This document shows, in pieces, positions 55,800-64,000 of a DNA stretch of 64,000 nucleotides. The notes below the pieces were generated by a model that was not told where the DNA came from, did no database searches, and saw only the letters and a list, made by a program, of their open reading frames with translations. The translations under genes were made by a program, and so were the position numbers. Location of the stretch: positions 124,001 to 188,000 of the IMG/VR virus record IMGVR_UViG_3300009703_004110, one strand, 5' to 3'. The stretch's first letter is position 1; each line of letters begins with the position of its first letter.

Positions 55800-57281
55800 T
55801 TACTCTATTGGCTGTGCTTCTTGTCCGCTCTGGCCGGGGCCAAACTCTTGGCTTAACGCCTCAGTACCTTTGCCACCGGCAACTTGTTCCTCTCCCTGGT
55901 TAAAGGTTTTGTTTACCTCTTTAATTGCTTTGTTGGAGATGTCAGTTGTCTTAGCTTCGGAAATCTCGGCCATACTTTTTCCTGAGGATAACATGCCAAG
56001 CATCTTGGTTACACGAACTAACGCATAAGAATACGCATCAATCAGCTTACTTTGAGCTTCAGCTAGTTCTGGGAATAAAGATGCTATGCCCAGTTTATCT
56101 AACATAATATCAAACTCAGCCAGCTGCCTAATGGTTCTTCTGTCTGCTAATCTAGCAGCTACCTCTTCTAGCTTAACAGCCGCTTCTCCAAGATTAATTT
56201 GTCCGCCAGTCTGTGCAAGCTCATCAAAGACGGCTCCATGATTTTCCACCGGAGGTTCTCCAGACGTTAAAACCCTCTCTATGGCCTCTCCTGGGCCTCC
56301 GGCTGCTGCCGGTTCCTGGCCTGGTACGGTATTTGGGGCGGCCTCTGCTGGCGCCTCAGGAGCCTCCAAACCGGTATCCGCACCGGGGACCTCAGGGGCT
56401 CCGAGATCCTGTGCTGCTTTCATTAGTAAATCAGATCCTGCGTCATAACCAAGCTTCTTAAACAGGCTCGCAGCCTGGAAAGTCAAATCTTCTCCGGTTG
56501 ATTGGAGGCGAACACGTCGAACTTGAAGATCGAAAGCATGAAGCATTTCTGCCAAGTCCTGCTGTTCTTCTGGCGACAAATGCTCATCAGTTCTTAATAG
56601 CTTATCTAGTCTACGAATTGCACCATTAAGCTTGCTTTTCCACTCTTCAAACATCTGGCCTTTGGCGTCCTTATCCTCAAGCTCTTTAAGCTTCTTACTA
56701 ATAGACTCGTCATGAGGGACGGAATCACCCGGATAAAAGTTGGAACTCAAACCAAATTGGTAATCTGACTCCTTTTTGATGTCCACTATCTGATCCTCCT
56801 CGGAATATTTCTGGTGCTGACCATCTTTATAATAAGTGATCCATTTTTTGAATCTAACATCTTCACCATTTCTAGTGTTTAATGTACCGGAATAATAATC
56901 TAATGCGTGATGAAATGTCATGTCACCAGATTCAACGGCACTGTATATTTTATGAACAAGAGATACCCACTTTTCCATATCAGCCTGAATCCACGGATTC
57001 TCTGATAATGCGCCCATGCCGATAGGGTACGCCTTCTTTGTAAGGTCTGCATTTTTAATTAATGAAGTGGTAATCAAATAGTAATAATCGTTTGCCGTCT
57101 TTAGACTTACTGAATCTCTATTTAAAAATGCATCCATCAAAATGGTTGGGTCTACATTCTCAAAGGTTGCTTCTAATATATTATGTATATTAACGAAATC
57201 TCTAGTCTCATCATGAGAAGCAAAGCGTAGACCGGGATATTTTTGTTCTATCCTACGAATGTCATTCTTTAAACTGCTCAT
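55800..57281 (-). CDS. Hypothetical head-cluster protein (493 aa)
   Basis: Multiple KTA/KNA/KKA/KES/KAA sites and a helical C-terminus. Confidence 0.6.
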   Translation of the reverse strand: MSSLKNDIRRIEQKYPGLRFASHDETRDFVNIHNILEATFENVDPTILMDAFLNRDSVSLKTANDYYYLITTSLIKNADLTKKAYPIGMGALSENPWIQADMEKWVSLVHKIYSAVESGDMTFHHALDYYSGTLNTRNGEDVRFKKWITYYKDGQHQKYSEEDQIVDIKKESDYQFGLSSNFYPGDSVPHDESISKKLKELEDKDAKGQMFEEWKSKLNGAIRRLDKLLRTDEHLSPEEQQDLAEMLHAFDLQVRRVRLQSTGEDLTFQAASLFKKLGYDAGSDLLMKAAQDLGAPEVPGADTGLEAPEAPAEAAPNTVPGQEPAAAGGPGEAIERVLTSGEPPVENHGAVFDELAQTGGQINLGEAAVKLEEVAARLADRRTIRQLAEFDIMLDKLGIASLFPELAEAQSKLIDAYSYALVRVTKMLGMLSSGKSMAEISEAKTTDISNKAIKEVNKTFNQGEEQVAGGKGTEALSQEFGPGQSGQEAQPIE

Positions 57282-57522
57282 GTTTTATTAGCCTTCCTTT
57301 GAGTCTCTCAATAGTTTTAAACCATACAAGCCTGTCGTATGGAAAATTTTCTTTTCGTACCTGATCTTCAATATATTGAAGAAATATATTTAGATGTTCA
57401 TCCGGTACTTCCTTTTCATTGTAAATATTAATATGCTTTCGTGCCCAGGCTTCAAATGCGGTGATATTAATTAGGTCCGAAAGTTTTAACTCTCTAATCT
57501 TCTCCATCTGTAAACTCCACAT
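57262..57522 (-). CDS. Hypothetical protein
   Basis: 86-aa ORF filling the gap between its neighbours. Confidence 0.5.
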   Translation of the reverse strand: MWSLQMEKIRELKLSDLINITAFEAWARKHINIYNEKEVPDEHLNIFLQYIEDQVRKENFPYDRLVWFKTIERLKGRLIKHEQFKE

Positions 57523-58198
57523 CTATAGTCTCTATTTGTTTATATTCTGGGGATTTATATTCCATTCCGTCCATTTTGGCATTCACTTTATCTATAAATA
57601 TCGGAATAAGAGATGGTTCTAATTCTCTCAGAACTTCGAAGACTACACCTTTAACTACATTTACCTGCTCGTTGACTACGTTTATATTGATATTGTGCTC
57701 GATAGTTTTATCTGCAACACCATCAATGTACTTCTTCCAGTCCTGCAGGATGCCCTTGTACATGTTTAGATACTCAAGAAAGACTCTATCATGCTTTATA
57801 TCTCCCTGCCCACTGGCCAAAGAGTCATAATAAAATTCAAGCCTAGAGGTCACTAGAGCGTCCATTTGTAATAACTTTTTAGAGACATCAAGCTCAGCAT
57901 CAGCAATCTCATTTATCTTTTTCTGATATGAGGAGCTTTGGCTTACGATATGCTTTGCCTCTGCCAATGCGGCATTTCTATCTGTATCCGCTCTAGAGTT
58001 CTTAACCGCATCAAGGACGTCGCCGTGAAGGTCGAGGTGCTCCTTTCTGAATGTTTGCAATGTCATATAGCTTATCCAAAGAGATTTCTTCTTGGGATAT
58101 TTATCTTTCAGCCACGCATCAACACTTTTGACAGATTCTCCATCAAGAAGCTTCTTAATGATTTCTTCTTTATCCACATGTCTTAAAACTTTGCTCAC
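57494..58198 (-). CDS. Putative terminase small subunit-like protein
   Basis: N-terminal HTH-like region, central helices, IEHNININV strand; lies in the packaging region. Confidence 0.35.
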   Translation of the reverse strand: MSKVLRHVDKEEIIKKLLDGESVKSVDAWLKDKYPKKKSLWISYMTLQTFRKEHLDLHGDVLDAVKNSRADTDRNAALAEAKHIVSQSSSYQKKINEIADAELDVSKKLLQMDALVTSRLEFYYDSLASGQGDIKHDRVFLEYLNMYKGILQDWKKYIDGVADKTIEHNININVVNEQVNVVKGVVFEVLRELEPSLIPIFIDKVNAKMDGMEYKSPEYKQIETIDVEFTDGED

Positions 58199-58213
58199 GC
58201 CATCTCCTTAAAT

Positions 58214-58255
58214 AAAAAATCCACTACTATATTACCAGAATATAGTAGTGGATTT
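58214..58255 (-). terminator. Intrinsic terminator
   Basis: AAATCCACTACTATATT-ACCAG-AATATAGTAGTGGATTT with a T-run on the minus strand. Confidence 0.75.
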
Positions 58256-58273
58256 ATAGTTTTGGAACTAGGT

Positions 58274-58744
58274 TTAGTATTCGAAATACAAATCTGACTG
58301 CAAAGAGACTTGCCCGCCAGGAAATTTCTCACCTGTTTCTGTAGTAAATCCGTCATTCCAGTTATATTCCTTTCCGGTCAATGGGTCAGTTTGTACGCCA
58401 TCTTTGGTAGGGGCTTGAACACCGACTCTATCTGGAGAATACCTTGTTGACAGGGTTCGCGGGGCATCGTCATAGCTTATCTTTGACTTCTCGTGTTTCG
58501 GACCTAGATTGTATTTACGCTCATCGCCTTTGGTTCCACCTCTCTGATGCGCAAATTCAGTTCTGGTCGGATAGTCTTGGGCACCATGTTGCATATTTTG
58601 GAATATACCATGCTGATCACTAGTTGACGCAGCTTCTTTGGACATTTCGATAATAGTCTCTAGTGCCGCTTTGCGCAACTTTCGAGCCAAAGATCTATCA
58701 ATCCCTGATGCTGACGTTAGTATTTTTGATACTTTTGTAGACAT
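58274..58744 (-). CDS. Hypothetical head-cluster protein
   Basis: 156 aa; contains LSTRYSPD and DPLTGKEYNWNDGF. Confidence 0.6.
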   Translation of the reverse strand: MSTKVSKILTSASGIDRSLARKLRKAALETIIEMSKEAASTSDQHGIFQNMQHGAQDYPTRTEFAHQRGGTKGDERKYNLGPKHEKSKISYDDAPRTLSTRYSPDRVGVQAPTKDGVQTDPLTGKEYNWNDGFTTETGEKFPGGQVSLQSDLYFEY

Positions 58745-58754
58745 AGACCGCTCC

Positions 58755-60335
58755 TTAGGAGAATACTATTCTAGAGGTGGAGATTAACGTTTCCTCATCA
58801 ATATTAGCACTCTTGTTTCTGTACTTAGGATAAGGACGACCCTGCTCATCAAAGTCAACTTTACTTAGTGGCAATCCTAGCTTAGGACAGTATGGCTCTA
58901 CTGATGTGGAAATGGTGATTAGATCACCGCGTTCGAAGGCCTCCTTAACTACCTGAGCCCTAGAAGAGCCTTGTCTAGCAGATACCTTTAGAAGTTCAGC
59001 AAACTTATCAAGCGCAATCTTGTGTTGTACTGCGCCAAATTTTTCTTGGATAGTTGCCAAAGAATCTTCGGCAAGCTTATAATCTTGTGATGATACACCA
59101 TCAATCATTCTATCTACAAGCTGATAGTAAGTCATGCTACTCATTTCGCCATTCTGCCTAGCCTTTCGTATGCCGGAGTCATCACGAGATGTGTTAGTCA
59201 CAAATGCTTTAATGTCATTATATGTAAAGTCGTGTATAACCTCTTCGGTCGAAGAAGAGGACGCAAACCTGCTTGGAAGAATTGGCTTATCGTTATGGAA
59301 TTCTACGGGAACGTGAATCATGCTCCTGCCCATTGCGGTAGGAATAGATACATCGAACATCAGAGTGTTTTGATCCGAAGAAGCAACTCTAATCTGCGGG
59401 TTAACCACGCCAGCAGCCTTGAACTCTGTTGCCAACATGCTGCTCGCCATTAATACCTGCTCTCTGCTGAAGTTAGATGCCGCAACTACTAGCTCATTCT
59501 CTAGTTCTGCATAATCCTTTAGGGCGTTTGGAACAACCGCCTTATCAACAGATATAGCCTGAGAACCATGCTGCCCGGCGAACTTATTCAAACTAGCAGT
59601 CTTGACCTGATTTTCTTCCATCTTTAGATGCACTAATAGATTAGCGCGACTTAGCTCAGTCACTTCCCCACCAGAGATCATTGTCTTAGGTGGGGAAACC
59701 TGGCCACCAGTTATAGGAACCGGTATGTGTACCGCAACCTTGTTAAGGCTGTTAGTATTGTATACTGCGGTAGCCAAAACAAAGTGATTGTTTGATTCTG
59801 AAATCACAACGTCATTTGGCTGCATACCCATATGGCTTAGCTTGGAAATAACGGCTTTCTGTACTTCTCTTTTATCTTTCGGATTATATAAGCCAAAAGA
59901 ATTTTCATTACCAAGATCAAAAATAGAGGCAAACGCATTGGAAAGCCCCTCGTCATGATCCACCTGAATAGACTTGGATTCATCTGAGCCTCTTCTCGTG
60001 GAAGCAGAATAGGCCGTCTTCTGAAGTTGTCTATTTTGTAATAGTAAGTCACCAAGTTCTGCGCGGAAAGCGGTCTGTCCGCCAGATAGTCCGTACATTC
60101 TATCATAACAGTCGGTCAGTTCTTGCTGAGAAAAGAATTCCTGTCGGCTTGCACGTTTTACTACAACATCACGCATATTTCCGATTAACTGATCAGTTGG
60201 ATGATTAGACGCTGCGGTTACAAACCTGCTGACAATATATGGCGCAGAATACTTGCTTCCATCTTCCATCTGCCCCAAAGCGGCTCTAGCTTCTTTTAGG
60301 AGCTGCTTAATGTCTGTTGCTTTTAAATCTTTCAT
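58755..60335 (-). CDS. Hypothetical protein with an internal domain duplication (526 aa)
   Basis: KVAVHIPVPITGGQVSPP and RSMIHVPVEFHNDKPILP segments; several K-x-A sites. Confidence 0.6.
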   Translation of the reverse strand: MKDLKATDIKQLLKEARAALGQMEDGSKYSAPYIVSRFVTAASNHPTDQLIGNMRDVVVKRASRQEFFSQQELTDCYDRMYGLSGGQTAFRAELGDLLLQNRQLQKTAYSASTRRGSDESKSIQVDHDEGLSNAFASIFDLGNENSFGLYNPKDKREVQKAVISKLSHMGMQPNDVVISESNNHFVLATAVYNTNSLNKVAVHIPVPITGGQVSPPKTMISGGEVTELSRANLLVHLKMEENQVKTASLNKFAGQHGSQAISVDKAVVPNALKDYAELENELVVAASNFSREQVLMASSMLATEFKAAGVVNPQIRVASSDQNTLMFDVSIPTAMGRSMIHVPVEFHNDKPILPSRFASSSSTEEVIHDFTYNDIKAFVTNTSRDDSGIRKARQNGEMSSMTYYQLVDRMIDGVSSQDYKLAEDSLATIQEKFGAVQHKIALDKFAELLKVSARQGSSRAQVVKEAFERGDLITISTSVEPYCPKLGLPLSKVDFDEQGRPYPKYRNKSANIDEETLISTSRIVFS

Positions 60336-60349
60336 TAGACCTTATCCCT

Positions 60350-60856
60350 TTAAATGAATTTGCTCAGCTCTGGAAAAGAGGAGACCAAAGCATGCTGCTT
60401 CCCTTGAGGTTGCTCTGCAAGAACTTCTTTTAAAAATCCTTCATCTTCACCAACCAATTCTAGCAGCGCCGTCTTAAACGAGCTTATATCGTCTGGATTA
60501 AATCCATAACTTTCTGCCGAGAACCTTGCAACTGGTACATTTTTATAAGCTAAGGTTACATTTTGATGCTCATAATCACTAATTGCGGCCCAATCACCTT
60601 GGCCCCTAGAGTCATATTTTGGATCCGACATTCTTACGAGATGCTTTCTTCCGTCACTTTCTTCCACCTGCCACAAACTACGGTAAGGATCATTTTCAAC
60701 ACGATATACGTCAAAAGCAACTCTACGAATTGCTTTTGAAGCCTCAAGTTCTTCAGAATATTCAATAGAATTTACAGTTCTCAAGCTAGAAGATGTCTTA
60801 CCAAAAACCTCTCCCAAGACCTTATCGAGATCCGTACTAAACTTTTCTTTTGCCAT
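60350..60856 (-). CDS. Hypothetical protein
   Basis: Start refined to MAKEK at 60856 (GAGGG RBS). Confidence 0.6.
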   Translation of the reverse strand: MAKEKFSTDLDKVLGEVFGKTSSSLRTVNSIEYSEELEASKAIRRVAFDVYRVENDPYRSLWQVEESDGRKHLVRMSDPKYDSRGQGDWAAISDYEHQNVTLAYKNVPVARFSAESYGFNPDDISSFKTALLELVGEDEGFLKEVLAEQPQGKQHALVSSFPELSKFI

Positions 60857-60903
60857 GTTTATGCCCTCTACGTAATTTTTACGATTTATTAATAGAAAAG
60901 AAA

Positions 60904-61341
60904 TTAGCATAAAGTGCTGTTCTTAATCTGGTCAATCTCTTTGAGTATCCTTACTATTCTTTGATTATTAGTACATATCTTCTTTAGCTTTTTAATTATG
61001 CCGCCATATCGCTTCTTATTATTCTTATAATCGATATTACCATGCATGGCTTTGTGTACAGCAGACTGTGTTATTCCAAGATGTTCAGCAATATCATTCT
61101 GTGTTTTGCCGGTCAGCCTCATCATTAAAATAGTTTTCTGATGTTCTGTTAAATAGTTACCACTAACAATATTATAGATCTCTTCAATTAGTTCGTCACG
61201 TAATTCTGAGATCCTATCGTTACATTGGTTGTCTGCAAGCAAGGAACTGATTCCTCGCTCAACAGGAAAGTTATCGAGCTTATCATGGTCAAATGATATT
61301 TCGACAATCTTGTATTGATACAATCTTGATTTATTCTTCAT
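60904..61341 (-). CDS. Sigma70 region-4-like HTH protein
   Basis: LTEHQKTILMMRLTGKTQNDIAEHLGITQSAVHK. Confidence 0.7.
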   Translation of the reverse strand: MKNKSRLYQYKIVEISFDHDKLDNFPVERGISSLLADNQCNDRISELRDELIEEIYNIVSGNYLTEHQKTILMMRLTGKTQNDIAEHLGITQSAVHKAMHGNIDYKNNKKRYGGIIKKLKKICTNNQRIVRILKEIDQIKNSTLC

Positions 61342-61348
61342 CTTTCTC

Positions 61349-62125
61349 CTAAGACCAGTTTGGGATATATGGTTTTAGATCTTTAAGAAAGGATTCCTTG
61401 CTATTAAATTCGTTTTTGAAATATTCATCCGCATCTTTATAGCCATCTGGAATCAGCATAAATCTTAGCTTAACACCCTTATTTGAGTACTTACTATATA
61501 TCCTTTCCATAGATTTTATACCACCATCATCTCTATCCAAAATGAAGGTGATTCTGTCTGTATATCGTGATAGTTTAACTAGATGATTTTTTGAGAATGC
61601 GGTTCCACAAATTGCTACACAATTTGGCATACCGGCTCGGACCATTGCCATGAAATCAAAATAGCCTTCAACGGCGTATGCATTTCGTTCCTTTAGAATA
61701 TATCCTCTGGAATGATTTAGGCCGTAAAGATACTTGGACTTTTTATAACCAGATCCTTCGTACTTCGCTAACGAAAGAAGACTCCTTTGATTGTCGTTCA
61801 AAAGAGTCCTCCCGCTAATTCCTATTGCATTATTGTATTCATCAAAAATGGGAAATATAACACCATGTGTTGTGGCGAATTTACTATCCCCAAAATAATC
61901 TGTTATTTTTTCTTCCTTTAAGACTGCACTAGACACATGCTTACTTAACATAGAAGTATTTTGTGGAAAAAATCCGAGCTTATATTTCTTAACTTCAGGC
62001 ACACTAATCCCTCGTTCCTTAACTAAATAAGTTGCGATTTCTTTTGAATTTTTTAAATTAGCGTGACAAATATTCACAAGTTTTCCTAGTTCTATAGATT
62101 TTTCTTCAGCTGTAACATTTGACAT
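61349..62125 (-). CDS. dnaG: DnaG-type primase catalytic core (TOPRIM), lacking the N-terminal Zn-binding domain
   Basis: YLVKERGI, LGFFP, IFPI...IGISGR, KY, LYGL, VEGYFD, VAICGTA, DRDDGG, KDADE. Confidence 0.85.
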   Translation of the reverse strand: MSNVTAEEKSIELGKLVNICHANLKNSKEIATYLVKERGISVPEVKKYKLGFFPQNTSMLSKHVSSAVLKEEKITDYFGDSKFATTHGVIFPIFDEYNNAIGISGRTLLNDNQRSLLSLAKYEGSGYKKSKYLYGLNHSRGYILKERNAYAVEGYFDFMAMVRAGMPNCVAICGTAFSKNHLVKLSRYTDRITFILDRDDGGIKSMERIYSKYSNKGVKLRFMLIPDGYKDADEYFKNEFNSKESFLKDLKPYIPNWS

Positions 62126-62130
62126 TTTAT

Positions 62131-62463
62131 TTAATCCTGTGTAATTTTGATAGATTCGATCATAAACTTAGATATATTGAACTCGCAACCACCTTGGTCG
62201 CAATTTTGCCCAACCACTTCACCAGAATCATTCACCACGGCTTCGACTTTTTTATTACATGTTTGACAATCAAACTGAAAAGCCTTTCGCTTATCTTTTC
62301 TTACAATATCTCCACGTTGTTTCATCGACTTTTTAGAGTATGAAGAGATGTGCGATAACACCTCTTCGCAGTCTTCACAAACTACCTCATCGAGATCTAA
62401 ATCAACGGAGCCAATTGTTGTACCATCTCGCTTAGTACACCCAACATTACATCTGACTAACAT
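62131..62463 (-). CDS. Cys-rich Zn-ribbon protein
   Basis: CNVGC, CEDC, CQTC, C..GGC. Confidence 0.65.
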   Translation of the reverse strand: MLVRCNVGCTKRDGTTIGSVDLDLDEVVCEDCEEVLSHISSYSKKSMKQRGDIVRKDKRKAFQFDCQTCNKKVEAVVNDSGEVVGQNCDQGGCEFNISKFMIESIKITQD

Positions 62464-62488
62464 CTAATATACTCCTATGATTAATAGA

Positions 62489-63661
62489 TCATTCAAACGG
62501 ATCAGCCGGGATTTCAATCTCTGGATCTTCTTCCGTATATTCCGCTTGGATATTTTCACCAAGATAATAAGACCTGATCTCCTGGTCGAACCTATCCAAA
62601 TTATCTCGGATGGCCTCCAGCACCGTGGCCCTACTTGAATATTTTACGCCGTCGATCAAATAAGTTCTTGCACTTGGTCTTTCCCAGTACCCAATAGCGT
62701 TACCAACATCAAGAAGTTCTTCTTCTTTACGGACAATACCTTCGAGATATTTAATGGTATATTCGCATTGTGCATACGAAGTAGAGACCTTATTCTTCAG
62801 GACTTTAGCTCTAACTCTATGTCCAATCCTGACGTCATTAGAGTCTTTAATGATATTATCTGCGCCGCCCATAGGTGCGAAATTTATCATAAGGCTGCAA
62901 GCGTGCTTAAGAGCACGGCCGCCAGGAGAATCCTCAGGGTTTCCAAACATTTGACCGGGGTTGACACGTAACTGGTTAATCAGAATAACCGCTGTATTTG
63001 ATTGCGCCGCCCCAGGGGTGATTTTTCGTAGCTCTACGGAAAGGAATCTCGCCATTAAAGCCATGTTCTGCTTACCAACATCAGAAGTTCTTTCCATTGG
63101 TGGTTGCATTGCCGCTATAGAATCCAAGATAACAAGTCCGCATCGTCCAAGATTTAGACGATTCATCTTAGTCCCATCTGGATGTGGGTAATCCATAACA
63201 ATACCATCTTTAATCATATCAAAGATGCCCTTGATTTTAGTTTCTTTCTTAGTCTGCTTATTTACCTTCGTCTTTCCAACTAATCCGCCGAATAGCTTTT
63301 CGGCTTGATTGCTTTTTACTAAGAAGATTCTATCATTATCAATTCCAAATTTCTCAGCCCATGATGCAGAGTAAGTATATTCTGCATCTAGGAAAACAAA
63401 ACAATTTTCCGGATGTAAAGACTGCCAATAAGCCGCACTCTGTAAAGCTGTAAAGGTCTTTCCGGATGCTTCCTTTCCAGCATATTGTGTTACTCGTCCC
63501 CTTACCGGTCCGCCGCCAGTCGCGAAATCTAAGCCGGGGCTACCTGTACTGATAGTTTCAATATTATTGCTGATTGCCTTTGGGTGCACAATTGCGTCGT
63601 TACCGAATAGACTTTCGGCCTGCTTAAAAGCCTCACTTGGTGATAGTAGTTCTTTTGCCAT
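62489..63661 (-). CDS. recA: RecA/UvsX-like recombinase
   Basis: ISTGSPGLDFATGGG, GKEASGKT, FLDAEY, ILDS, INQLR, PGGRALKH, KNKV. Start refined to MAKELL (AAGGAG RBS). Confidence 0.92.
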   Translation of the reverse strand: MAKELLSPSEAFKQAESLFGNDAIVHPKAISNNIETISTGSPGLDFATGGGPVRGRVTQYAGKEASGKTFTALQSAAYWQSLHPENCFVFLDAEYTYSASWAEKFGIDNDRIFLVKSNQAEKLFGGLVGKTKVNKQTKKETKIKGIFDMIKDGIVMDYPHPDGTKMNRLNLGRCGLVILDSIAAMQPPMERTSDVGKQNMALMARFLSVELRKITPGAAQSNTAVILINQLRVNPGQMFGNPEDSPGGRALKHACSLMINFAPMGGADNIIKDSNDVRIGHRVRAKVLKNKVSTSYAQCEYTIKYLEGIVRKEEELLDVGNAIGYWERPSARTYLIDGVKYSSRATVLEAIRDNLDRFDQEIRSYYLGENIQAEYTEEDPEIEIPADPFE

Positions 63662-63674
63662 CTTGATATACTCC

Positions 63675-64000
63675 TTAATATTTGTGATTGTAGCCTGTAT
63701 CAGAAGGCAGACGATATCCGGCTGGTGGGCTCCATCCAACAGGATCTTCTGGTCTTTCTGCTACTGCGGCTTCTGTTCTAATTAACAAATTGGCTATACT
63801 TGTTGCATTAATAAGGGCTGTTTTAGTAACTTTCTTAGGGTCTATTACACCCATTTCAACTAAGTCACCGTACAGGCCCTCTGCTACATTATACCCGAAA
63901 TTTGGGTTAGCATCAGGGAGTATTTTGTTCAAAACTTCTTCTACATCTTCATCCGCATTCTTCAATATTTGAGCAATAGGTCTAACGCATGCGCCTAATA
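63675..64000 (-). CDS. groL: Chaperonin GroEL C-terminal part, 5'-truncated by the window edge
   Basis: ACVRPIAQILKNA...GYNVAEGLYGDLVEMGVIDPKKVTKTALINATSIANLLIRTEAAV. Confidence 0.9.
   Translation of the reverse strand, partial: LGACVRPIAQILKNADEDVEEVLNKILPDANPNFGYNVAEGLYGDLVEMGVIDPKKVTKTALINATSIANLLIRTEAAVAERPEDPVGWSPPAGYRLPSDTGYNHKY

Noticed and set aside
62489-63739. 416-aa RecA start given in the ORF track
   Set aside because: It overlaps the GroEL 3' end. The ATG at 63661 has an AAGGAG RBS and fits better.
167-63972. Numerous plus-strand ORFs in the track
   Set aside because: They are antisense shadows of long minus-strand genes, Ser/Pro-rich, with no recognisable motifs.
1-64000. tRNA, rRNA, introns or inteins
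   Set aside because: No cloverleaf or T-loop signatures seen in the short intergenic gaps. TerL, portal, MCP, RecA and primase are uninterrupted.

Overview
64 kb from a large tailed dsDNA phage with a contractile tail (jumbo-myovirus-like gene set). The host is probably bacterial, judging from an M15 peptidase, sigma70-like promoter elements and GGAG Shine-Dalgarno sites. All credible genes are on the minus strand. In transcription order (right to left) the window holds: the GroEL C-terminus, RecA, a Zn-finger ORF followed by a DnaG primase core, a sigma-4-like HTH protein, then the head cluster. The head cluster has a putative TerS, a CCA-adding enzyme, an M15 peptidase, TerL, portal, a DUF192 fusion, a protease-scaffold, two decoration-like paralogues and the major capsid protein. 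Next come an AT-rich accessory island, neck genes and membrane/lysis-like genes, two paralogous giant fibre/spike proteins, and the tail module (completion protein, sheath, tube, frameshifting chaperones, tape measure, tube initiator, hub, spike). The most striking observations are these. (1) A promoter- and terminator-bounded array at 30.2-33.8 kb in which 11 of 13 small, otherwise unrelated ORFs carry a shared (L/F)P-x3-(Q/K)-(D/E)-(F/Y)-I-I-(Y/H)-N-x-(E/D)-L-F motif; its codons also supply the RBS and start codon of the next gene. (2) An unannotated 33-aa peptide with 12 Cys, metallothionein-like. (3) Two motifs shared across the head-cluster proteins: a K-x-A/S candidate protease site and a helical-hairpin candidate docking motif. 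(4) Nested internal starts in head genes. All calls come from reading motifs and synteny by eye; no searches were run.
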